The notes under the pieces: model-generated
The model's input: the letters and a program-made list of their open reading frames with translations, nothing else
Told to the model about the DNA's origin: nothing
Databases searched by the model: none
Translations under genes and position numbers: made by a program
Shown: piece by piece, positions 8,242 to 15,204 of the stretch
How positions within the stretch are numbered: position 1 is the first letter of the stretch
Layout of the letters: every line of letters starts with the position of its first letter
Origin: an uncultured Actinomycetota bacterium
GTDB taxonomy: Bacteria; Actinomycetota; Actinomycetes; Mycobacteriales; Mycobacteriaceae
Direction: 5' to 3'
DNA: 32,000 nt
NCBI GenBank assembly: GCA_963809285.1
Contig: CAWEIY010000002.1
Location: 494,033-526,032, forward strand

Positions 8242-8411
8242 GGACGTTAAGTCGGCTCGTACCGCATTTACGTTACCCAGGACCCGCAGGAGATCCGCGA
8301 CCTCGCGACCATGCGCGAACTGGCCTCCAAGGTGCTGGCGTCGGCCGACGACGAGATCGACGCGCTTAACGCTGACTGAAACCTCCTCAGTCGATCCATC
8401 CGCCGTCTAAC

Positions 8412-8492
8412 CGGAACCAGCGCGCAACAGTCCGCGGCTGAATAGTTGATCGGGCCGCCCCTGCTCTCCTCGGGGGCGGCCCGAATGTTCAG
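8412..8492 (+). repeat. ~80-bp hairpin repeat element, copy 1
   Basis: GGAACCAG...CTGAATAGTTGATCGGGCCGCCCC-tgctctcctcg-GGGGCGGCCCGA...TCAGG. It lies between the convergent 3' ends of the 8251-8379 remnant and the SDR gene. Confidence 0.85.
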
Positions 8493-8606
8493 GCGAGCAG
8501 CCAGTCCCCATAGCTGATGGCTGCCCAAACTCCGCAATAGGGGCAACGCCAGACGATTCACCACCTGCACTGCGATCATCGCCATTGACTTCCAGCACGT
8601 GCGTCA

Positions 8607-9392
8607 TCACAGGGTAGTGACGAAGCCGCCGTCGATGCGATAGTCGGATCCGGTGGTGTTCCCGGCGCGGTCGCTGGCAAGGAAGACGACGAGGTCGGCG
8701 ACTTGTTCGGGAGTGGTGAAACGGCCCGTCGGAGTGTTGTTTGCGATCGTCGCCCGGAGTTCCTCGGCCGTCCGGCCGTCGGCGGCGGCATACTCAGCGG
8801 CCAACCTGCCCTCTTCGGTCCAAATCTCGGTCAGCACCGCCCCCGGGCTGACCAAGTTAACTCGGATGTTCTTCGGCGCCAACTCTATTGACAATGCTTT
8901 CGAAAAATTGGCGACGGCAGCTTTGGCGGCGCAATAGTCATAGGTCTCGGGATTGGCAAGGTAGGCGTTGATCGAGCCGATAATGACGATAGAGCCACCG
9001 CCACGCCTTTCGATCTGGGGCAGTGCGGCGCGGGTGGATCGCACGGCGGCCATCACGTTGAGATCCCACGACGCTTGCCACTCGTCGTCGGTGATGCTGG
9101 CCAACCCGCCCGCGCGCACCTTCGCACCGCCGACGTTGTTGACCAGAATGTCGATCCCGCCGCGCTCGGCTGCCACGGCGACCAGCTCGTCGGCGGCGCC
9201 GGGCTGGGACAGGTCGACGGGCACGAACGACACCTGCCCCATCTCTTGAAGCGCCGGCAGTCCCTTCCCAGGGGTCCGTGACCCGGCTACCACGTGCACT
9301 CCCGCATCCACGAGGGCTTTGGCGATCGCGAAACCGATGCCCTTGCTGGTGCCGGTGACCACTGCGGTCTTCCCCGATAGATGCAGATCCAT
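8607..9392 (-). CDS. short-chain dehydrogenase/reductase (classical SDR)
   Basis: The track ORF extends to 9527. I prefer the ATG at 9392 (MDLHLSGKTAVVTGTSKGIGFAIA), giving 261 aa. Motifs TGxxxGIG, NNVG and YDYCAAK (YxxxK) are present. Confidence 0.9.
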   Translation of the reverse strand: MDLHLSGKTAVVTGTSKGIGFAIAKALVDAGVHVVAGSRTPGKGLPALQEMGQVSFVPVDLSQPGAADELVAVAAERGGIDILVNNVGGAKVRAGGLASITDDEWQASWDLNVMAAVRSTRAALPQIERRGGGSIVIIGSINAYLANPETYDYCAAKAAVANFSKALSIELAPKNIRVNLVSPGAVLTEIWTEEGRLAAEYAAADGRTAEELRATIANNTPTGRFTTPEQVADLVVFLASDRAGNTTGSDYRIDGGFVTTL

Positions 9393-9545
9393 GCCCGTCC
9401 TTCCCGCGTCCGCGGCGCGCACGACGCTACCGGTGTACCGTGACCGACCGGCTAGACGATCTGCACCGGCAAGCGTCGGGGCGATAAACCGCGACCGTAC
9501 CCCAGCAAATGGCCCTGGGAGCCTCACCGCTCGGGGGCCGTTGTT

Positions 9546-9680
9546 TTCAAGGCAGCCAACGGCGAGATCATCGCCGCCAGCCAGGCATCTGAAAAGAAGG
9601 CCAACGCGGAGAAGGGAATTGAGGCGGTCAAGAAAGCCGCTGCCGACGCGGCAGTTGTCGACCTGACCGAAGTGAAGTGA
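9546..9680 (+). pseudogene. remnant of a YegP/DUF1508-like gene (copy B)
   Basis: FKAANGEIIAASQASEKKANAEKGIEAVKKAAADAAVVDLTEVK* fits the DUF1508 repeat pattern (LKAxNGEIIxxS...A.KGIxSVK). The frame is open back to 9456 but contains no ATG, GTG or TTG. Confidence 0.5.
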
Positions 9681-9740
9681 CGCCAGCCGCGGCGTCCTGG
9701 ACCCACCGCGACATCCCGCGCTGCTCGATTGAATAGCGTC

Positions 9741-10088
9741 TCAGCGCGCGCCCGAAAAGGTGACCGGGTCATCGGGCCAGCCCGATCCTTCGCGGTGGAC
9801 GGCCGTCACATAGACCAGCACGCAAGTGGCGATGACGAGTGCCAGTGTTATCAGAGCCAGCACCCAAGTGGCCCTCGTTAAGCGCGCCGTCGCCCGACGG
9901 TCCGCTTTCATCCGGTGCTCGACCACCCAGGCATCCATAAGATTCTGCGGGCTGATATTGGTGGTTTGCGGGGAGACAGCGAATGCCTTCCAAATCGCGA
10001 CAAGGCGTTCCTTGTCCACCTTGGTAGGCAGGGGCAGCTGGTCTTCGTTGTCCTTCTTACTCACGGTGTTTGAGGCTAGCGGGCGCAT
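9741..10088 (-). CDS. hypothetical single-pass membrane protein
   Basis: I prefer the ATG at 10088 (MRPLASNTVSKK...), giving 115 aa with a C-proximal TM helix (TWVLALITLALVIATCVLVYVTAV). The longer track ORF (to 10394) would translate through hairpin repeat copy 2. Confidence 0.5.
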   Translation of the reverse strand: MRPLASNTVSKKDNEDQLPLPTKVDKERLVAIWKAFAVSPQTTNISPQNLMDAWVVEHRMKADRRATARLTRATWVLALITLALVIATCVLVYVTAVHREGSGWPDDPVTFSGAR

Positions 10089-10098
10089 CTGCGGCGAC

Positions 10099-10182
10099 GG
10101 AACCAGATCGCTCCCGTCCGCATCTGACTTAGTTGATCGGGCCGCCCCTGCTATCCCCTGGGCGGCCCGATTCATCGTCAGG
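10099..10182 (+). repeat. ~80-bp hairpin repeat element, copy 2
   Basis: GGAACCAG...CTGACTTAGTTGATCGGGCCGCCCC-tgctatcccct-GGGCGGCCCGAT...TCAGG. It lies in the divergent region between the 10088 start (-) and the PE_PGRS start (+). Confidence 0.85.
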
Positions 10183-10318
10183 GGCTCTGACCACACGGTG
10201 AAACGGTGGTTGAACAATGCCGATTTGGGCTGCGTTACCAATTCGACGCGCGTAGCGTTCTGCCGCTGTCTTGAGGATTGTTCTAAGGTGGTGTCGCCCG
10301 AGGTGATGGGAGCCGCAG

Positions 10319-12223
10319 ATGTCGTCTTTTGTGGTCGCAGTACCGGAGGCTTTGGCCACCGCGTCGCAGGATTTGACCGGGATCGGATCGGCAATCCGGG
10401 CGGCCAATGCGGCGGCAGCAGCGCCCACGACAGGGGTGCTGGCCGCCGCGGGTGATGAGGTGTCGGCGGCGATCGCGTCGCTGTTTTCCGGCAATGCCCA
10501 GCAGTATCAGGCGCTGAGCGCCCAGGCCGCGGCGTTTCATTCCCAGTTCGTGCAGACCCTCAATGCGGGTGCGGCTGCCTACGAGAGCACCGAGGCCGCC
10601 AACGTCACGCAGACTCTGCTGAGCACGGTCAACGCGCCCACAGACCGTCTGCTCGGGCGTCCGCTGATCGGCAACGGCGCCAACGGCACGACCAACGCGC
10701 AAGGGGTAGGCACGCCCGGCGGGGCCGGGGGGATCTTGTACGGCAACGGCGGCAACGGCGGGAATAGCACCGTTACCTCCGGGGCACCCGGCGGTAACGG
10801 CGGTCCGGCCGGGTTGATCGGCACCGGCGGCACCGGCGGTATGGGCGGGCGGGGCGCCGCCGGCGGGGCGGGCGGCATCGCGGGGTTGCTGTGGGGCAAC
10901 GGCGGTTCCGGCGGCCCCGGCGGGCCCGCCGCCGGCACCCTCACTGGCGGTAGCGGCGGTCCCGGCGGCATCGGAAGGTTGTTCTTCGGCAACGGTGGCA
11001 CCGGCGGGGTCGGCGGAGCCGGCGGAACCGGTGCAGCCGGCGCAGGCGGGGAGGGCGGGGCGGGCGGCCTCCTGTTCGGCCACGGCGGCAACGGCGGGGC
11101 CGGCGGAGCCGCCGGGGCCGCCGGAACCGGCGCAGGCGGGAGGGGCGGGGAGGGCGGCCTCCTCTTCGGCACCGCTGGCACCAGCGGAGCCGGCGGGTCC
11201 AGCAACGCCGGCGCCCCCCTCGTGCTCACGGCCAACAACCAGGTGGGCGTCATCGGCGTGGCGAACACGGCGTTAATCCTGGGCGGCACCGGATTCACCC
11301 CGCTACATGCGCTCACCGGCGCGACAGGGCCGGGTATCTCTGGCTACGTCACGGCAGTGGAGCAGCTCTACCTCTCCTCCAACTATGCCGGGTACACCCC
11401 GGAATTCCTGGTAACGCCGGAGGAGTTATACCCGCTTACCGGCCTGAGAAGCCTGACTTTCGACGTGTCGGTGGCGCGCGGTGTCAACGATCTGAACGCT
11501 GCGATCATGGCCCAACAGGCAGCGGGACACAGCACCGTCGTTTTCGGCTACTCCCAGAGCGCCACAATAGCCACCCTGGAAGAGCGCCATCTCATGACCC
11601 TGCCTGCCACCCAACGGCCGAGTACCGACCAGCTCTCCTTCGTGCTGGTCGGCAATCCGGACCGGCCCGACGGCGGGCTCCTCGAGCGCTTCAACGGTCT
11701 CTTCATCCAAGATTTGGGCTTCACCTTCTTCGGCGCGACCCCGGTCAATGCCTACCCGACCACCGATATCGCGATCCAGTACGACGGCGCCGCCGACTTC
11801 CCGCAGTACCCGCTCGATATCTTTGCGGACGCCAATGCCGTCGCGGGCTTCATTTCCCTGCACCCCCAGTATTCGTATCTCACGCCCAGCCAGATTGCGT
11901 CAGGTGTGATCGAGCCGGTGTCCCCGACGGACACCGAGACCACCTACATCCTGATTCCAACCCAGAACCTGCCGCTGCTGGACCCGGTACGTGCCATCCC
12001 CTTCGTGGGGAACCCGCTGGCCGACCTGGTGCAACCGGACTTGAAGGTGCTCGTCGAATTGGGCTACGACCGCAGCGCATATCAGGATGTGCCGACCCCC
12101 TCTGGGCTGTTCCCGAACGTCGACCCGGCCACCGTCGCCGCCGAGCTGCAGCAAGGGGCCGTGCAAGGTGTCAACAACGCACTGGCCGATGAGGGATTGC
12201 CGGCGCTGCCGGGTCTTGTCTGA
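10319..12223 (+). CDS. PE_PGRS family protein with C-terminal PE-PPE (alpha/beta serine hydrolase-like) domain
   Basis: 634 aa. The PE domain spans residues 1-95 ([24 protein letters not shown]...) and includes a YxxxE secretion motif (YESTE). A Gly-rich region with GGxGG-type (e.g. GGAGG, GGNGG) repeats covers about residues 125-300. The C-terminal ~320 aa carries the nucleophile-elbow-like [10 protein letters not shown] (Ser412, nt 11552-11554) and later conserved Asp and His candidates ([14 protein letters not shown]). Confidence 0.9.
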   Translation: MSSFVVAVPEALATASQDLTGIGSAIRAANAAAAAPTTGVLAAAGDEVSAAIASLFSGNAQQYQALSAQAAAFHSQFVQTLNAGAAAYESTEAANVTQTLLSTVNAPTDRLLGRPLIGNGANGTTNAQGVGTPGGAGGILYGNGGNGGNSTVTSGAPGGNGGPAGLIGTGGTGGMGGRGAAGGAGGIAGLLWGNGGSGGPGGPAAGTLTGGSGGPGGIGRLFFGNGGTGGVGGAGGTGAAGAGGEGGAGGLLFGHGGNGGAGGAAGAAGTGAGGRGGEGGLLFGTAGTSGAGGSSNAGAPLVLTANNQVGVIGVANTALILGGTGFTPLHALTGATGPGISGYVTAVEQLYLSSNYAGYTPEFLVTPEELYPLTGLRSLTFDVSVARGVNDLNAAIMAQQAAGHSTVVFGYSQSATIATLEERHLMTLPATQRPSTDQLSFVLVGNPDRPDGGLLERFNGLFIQDLGFTFFGATPVNAYPTTDIAIQYDGAADFPQYPLDIFADANAVAGFISLHPQYSYLTPSQIASGVIEPVSPTDTETTYILIPTQNLPLLDPVRAIPFVGNPLADLVQPDLKVLVELGYDRSAYQDVPTPSGLFPNVDPATVAAELQQGAVQGVNNALADEGLPALPGLV

Positions 12224-12407
12224 GCATCCGTTGATCAGCGGATCGACTCGCCCGTGGTTCCGAGGGTTTGCGTTCCGGCGCGCTGCGCGACCGGTGAAAG
12301 CCACCGAGTTCCTTTTAAAGGAACCCCGGAATGACCAGTTGCCTTGTCGATCCCTAAATAGAAATACCCACCGCATCATCGGGAACCGTCGGCGTCGCCC
12401 CAGGGAT

Positions 12408-12492
12408 GGAACCAGCGCGCCGCCGCGCGCGTCTGAATAGTTGATCGGGCCGCCCCTCGCTCTCCTGGGGGCGGCCCGATCTCTCGGTCAGG
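12408..12492 (+). repeat. ~80-bp hairpin repeat element, copy 3
   Basis: GGAACCAGCGCGC...CTGAATAGTTGATCGGGCCGCCCC-tcgctctcctg-GGGGCGGCCCGATC...TCAGG, with a perfect 14-bp stem. It lies about 185 bp downstream of the PE_PGRS stop. Confidence 0.85.
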
Positions 12493-12549
12493 TGGGGTTG
12501 CGCCGTTCAGCGGATCCGCATTTACGGCCGAGCTGGACGGGTTGACACA

Positions 12550-12885
12550 ATGACCGCCATGGACACCCCGTTGATGCGGCTCGCGCGCTACATCGACGAC
12601 CACTACGGCGACCCGCTACTATCCGAGCCCGGTGACGACGTCCGCATCTATCGCACCGCATCAATGACGCTGTGCTGTCGCGGTTTCGGCCCCGAAGACC
12701 GAACCGACCCGGTGACGGTGCCGATCGAGACCGCCGCCGCCACACTGTCCTCGACACCCTCGGAGATCGTCGACGTCGCCCTGTCCGACAAAATCACAGA
12801 CCCAGACAACCTTGGCGTCGTGCTGGTCACTGACGGGTTGTGTTTGCACGTGCAGCGCTCATGGCTGGATGCGGTGGCCGACTAG
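12550..12885 (+). CDS. hypothetical protein
   Basis: 111-aa ORF with ATG start and strong GC3 bias typical of real mycobacterial genes. No family recognised. Confidence 0.5.
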   Translation: MTAMDTPLMRLARYIDDHYGDPLLSEPGDDVRIYRTASMTLCCRGFGPEDRTDPVTVPIETAAATLSSTPSEIVDVALSDKITDPDNLGVVLVTDGLCLHVQRSWLDAVAD

Positions 12886-13328
12886 ATGGCAGCCAGCACC
12901 GGCACAACGGAGCCTTGTGGCTCCACAACATCAGGACGACTACTGCATGCCGGGCGGTTGACCGATGCTGAATGTGTTCCGTGCACACCCCCAAACGTTA
13001 AGGAGGTGAGTTAGACGCTAGCGCAGATTCTGAGTCCCGAGATGATAGGCACGGTTGCGATTGCATCGTGGTCTGTGATCGGTCGACGCCAGCGCCAACG
13101 TATCCGCCGCGCCTGGACGCAAATTCGAAACAAATTTTCTGTGCAGGAGCCGTCACGCTCAGCACCGTGGGCGGTGGAACCGGCCCCAGGAACCCCTTCG
13201 AACCCAGGGGCCGGCCCACCTTTTTCTCGGCGCGGCTAGGAAGTTAGCTGTTTTAAGGATTTCGATCGCGCCGACCCCTTTCCTTCGATACGCTTGTTGT
13301 TCTTCATGTGTCTGATAGGAGGTAGGCC

Positions 13329-13793
13329 ATGTCCAATGTGATGGTGGCGCCGGAGTTTGTGCGCCAGGCGGCAGGGCAATTGCAGAACATTGGCTCCTCC
13401 TTGACTGAGGCCAATGCGGCGGCATCGACGCCCACGACCGCGGTGCTGGCCCCGGCTAGTGATGAGGTGTCGGCGGCCATTACGGCGCTGATGGGAACCC
13501 ACGCTCAGCAGTTCCAGGCCGTCAGTGCCCAGGCGGCGAAGTTTCATAGCCAGTTCGTGGGCTTGTTGAACACTGGCGCGGCCGCGTACTCGGGCACCGA
13601 AGCCGCCAATACCCAACCCCTCGCCGATCTAACGCCCGAAGAAATCGTAGATATCAACCACAAGGACGCGGCCTTAATCGAAGCGCTAGCGGAAAACGAC
13701 CTCCGCGCCGGACGTTCCGACCTGACACGCATCGACGACAGAATACGTAGGTACACCCTGCTCAAAACGCTTATACCGATCTATAGCCCCTAG
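13329..13793 (+). CDS. PE family protein (PE domain plus short unique tail)
   Basis: 154 aa (MSNVMVAPEFVRQAAGQLQNIGSSLTEANAAASTPTTAVLAPASDEVSAAITAL...) with a YSGTE (YxxxE) motif. A GGAGG Shine-Dalgarno sequence lies 5 nt upstream of the ATG. The C-terminal ~55 aa are AT-richer. Confidence 0.8.
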   Translation: MSNVMVAPEFVRQAAGQLQNIGSSLTEANAAASTPTTAVLAPASDEVSAAITALMGTHAQQFQAVSAQAAKFHSQFVGLLNTGAAAYSGTEAANTQPLADLTPEEIVDINHKDAALIEALAENDLRAGRSDLTRIDDRIRRYTLLKTLIPIYSP

Positions 13794-13890
13794 CCGGCGG
13801 CGCCCAAAAGCGATGCGGCTCAACTGCGCTCCGTTTGGGTCAAGTGCTTTCATGCTGGGAACGCGGCGCCCGCAGGGATGCAGGAGGTAA

Positions 13891-14418
13891 GCCGTCGCCC
13901 TCGCGGGCGCCGACGAGTTGCCGCCGCGCTCCATTCGTATTGCGGAAAACCGGATTTACCTTCCGGGCCGAATCGTGGAGAGCACCCCCAAATCCAAGGC
14001 GTCCAATCGGACATTGCCTATGCCTGACGAAATTGTGGAAATCCTCAAGGCGGCCCGCAAGCGCCAACTTGAAGAGCGGCTGGCATTCGGGGTCGGATAC
14101 GGCGGCGCGGAATACGTCGGCACCGATGAGACCGGCCAGCCGTACACCCCCAACGTCCTGTCGTATCGCTGGGGCAGGATGCTCGACGTGTTGGAGATCA
14201 AGCGGGTGCGGCTACACGACGCGCGGCACAGCTGCGCGACCCTAATGCATCACCGGCAGGTGCCCATCGCCGTCATCGCCGCGTGGCTGGGGCACGCCAA
14301 CGCAGCGTTCACCATGGCCACCTACGCACACTCCCAAGACGCCGCGCTGCGGTCCGCCGCAGGCAGTTTCGGTCGAGGTGTGACATTCGGTGACACCGAA
14401 GCCGGCTCGGGGGACTGA
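13891..14418 (+). pseudogene. tyrosine recombinase (phage-type integrase), C-terminal catalytic fragment only
   Basis: Translation ...PKSKASNRTLPMPDEIVEILK...RLHDARHSCATLM...IAAWLGHANAAFTMATYAH contains the Arg, HxxR and terminal Tyr catalytic motifs. The frame is closed by TAA at 13888-13890, so at most ~175 aa remain of an expected 330-400 aa. It ends 29 bp from the tRNA-Tyr 3' end. Confidence 0.8.
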
Positions 14419-14447
14419 CGCACCCCCAGAAACATGCTCTGAGCTGG

Positions 14448-14531
14448 TGGTGGCAGGTACTGGATTCGAACCAGTGAAGCTTTCGCGACGGATTTACAGT
14501 CCGCTCCCATTGGCCGCTCGGGCAACCTGCC
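14448..14531 (-). tRNA. tRNA-Tyr (anticodon GTA), with encoded CCA
   Basis: Manual cloverleaf: GGCAGGT-TG-CCCG-AGCGGCCAAT-GGGA-G-CGGA-CTGTAAA-TCCG, then TCGCGAAAGCTTC as the remaining stretch containing the long variable arm, then ACTGG-TTCGAAT-CCAGT-ACCTGCC-A-CCA. As I recall the E. coli tRNA-Tyr sequence, the layout is near-identical. Confidence 0.95.
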
Positions 14532-14600
14532 GCCAGACAGGTTACAACGAACGGGTAGACAGGGCACAAACGGCTATCACCGGATGAAAGGACGGATCGA

Positions 14601-15092
14601 ATGGCTGACTCATCGTTCGACATCGTCAGCAAGGTCGACCGGCAGGAGGTCGACAACGCGTTGAATCAGGCGGCCAAGGAGCTGGCCACCCGCTTCGACT
14701 TCCGCGGCACCGACACCAAGATCGCGTGGAAGGGCGACGAGGCCGTCGAGCTGACGTCGTCGACTGAGGAGCGCGTGAAGGCGGCCATCGACGTCTTCAA
14801 GGAGAAGCTGATCCGCCGCGACATCTCGATGAAGGCGTTCGACGCCGGGGAGCCGCAGGCGTCGGGGAAGGCCTACAAGGTCACCGGCACGCTCAAGCAG
14901 GGCATCGACAGCGAGAACGCCAAGAAGATCACCAAGCTCATCCGCGACGAGGGACCCAAGAACGTCAAGACCCAGATCCAGGGCGACGAGGTCCGCGTCA
15001 CCAGCAAAAAGCGTGACGATCTGCAGGCCGTCATCGCGATGCTGAAGAAGGCCGACCTGGACGTGGCGCTGCAGTTCGTCAACTACCGGTAG
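14601..15092 (+). CDS. yajQ: YajQ family (UPF0234) nucleotide-binding protein
   Basis: 163 aa ([36 protein letters not shown]...) with the typical YajQ N-terminus and length. The position corresponds to Rv0566c. Confidence 0.9.
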   Translation: MADSSFDIVSKVDRQEVDNALNQAAKELATRFDFRGTDTKIAWKGDEAVELTSSTEERVKAAIDVFKEKLIRRDISMKAFDAGEPQASGKAYKVTGTLKQGIDSENAKKITKLIRDEGPKNVKTQIQGDEVRVTSKKRDDLQAVIAMLKKADLDVALQFVNYR

Positions 15093-15134
15093 CAATGCAC
15101 GCCCGTGTCAGATACGCGCCGAGCGTGACGTCAC

Positions 15135-15160
15135 GGCGAAAATTCGCGCCGTTTTTCGCC
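15135..15160 (+). terminator. candidate hairpin downstream of yajQ
   Basis: GGCGAAAA-ttcgcgccgt-TTTTCGCC, with 8-bp arms, lies 43 nt after the yajQ stop. There is no clear U tract. Confidence 0.3.
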
Positions 15161-15204
15161 GTGGCGTTACGCTCGCCGCGCTCGTTTTCGAAGCGAGGTT
15201 CGCG

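Larger units (their letters stand above)
6907..14505. mobile_element. decayed integrative genomic island inserted in tRNA-Tyr
   Basis: Direct repeats of the tRNA 3' half lie 7540 bp apart. A tyrosine-integrase fragment lies next to the intact tRNA. The interior holds an IS remnant, PE-family cargo, visibly AT-richer patches and private repeats. Confidence 0.6.

Noticed and set aside
8251-8379. Short plus-strand frame ending ...QDPQEIRDLATMRELASKVLASADDEIDALNAD*
   Set aside because: There is no ATG, GTG or TTG before the internal Met (22 aa). Its resemblance to the RDLETID family is too weak to call, so it is probably a C-terminal remnant.
9741-10394. 217-aa version of the membrane-protein ORF
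   Set aside because: Its N-terminal part is the translation of hairpin repeat copy 2 and of the PE_PGRS upstream region. The shorter start at 10088 is preferred.
10283-11316. Long minus-strand ORFs (266 aa and a 245-aa Pro-rich ORF) and a short plus-strand ORF overlapping the PGRS region
   Set aside because: They are antisense or alternative-frame readings of the GGC/GCC-rich PGRS repeats. The PE_PGRS frame has the PE domain, the YxxxE motif and a continuous C-terminal domain. The others are low-complexity Pro/Ala/Arg strings.
8412-12492. Hairpin repeats as a CRISPR array or MIRU-type tandem repeat
   Set aside because: The copies lie about 1.7 and 2.3 kb apart with genes between them. There are no regularly spaced short spacers and no tandem arrangement.
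6907-14505. Island as an intact prophage or ICE
   Set aside because: There are no capsid, tail, terminase, relaxase or type IV secretion genes. The integrase is truncated and 7.5 kb is too small. The element is treated as a decayed remnant.
14309-14656. ORFs crossing the tRNA-Tyr gene (14309-14656 minus, 14390-14587 plus), and 6605-6970 and 6904-7239 crossing the tRNA fragment
   Set aside because: They translate through tRNA sequence. For example, the peptide VNPSRKLHWFESSTCHH appears in two ORFs (14309-14656 and 6904-7239) purely because of the repeat. They are not genes.
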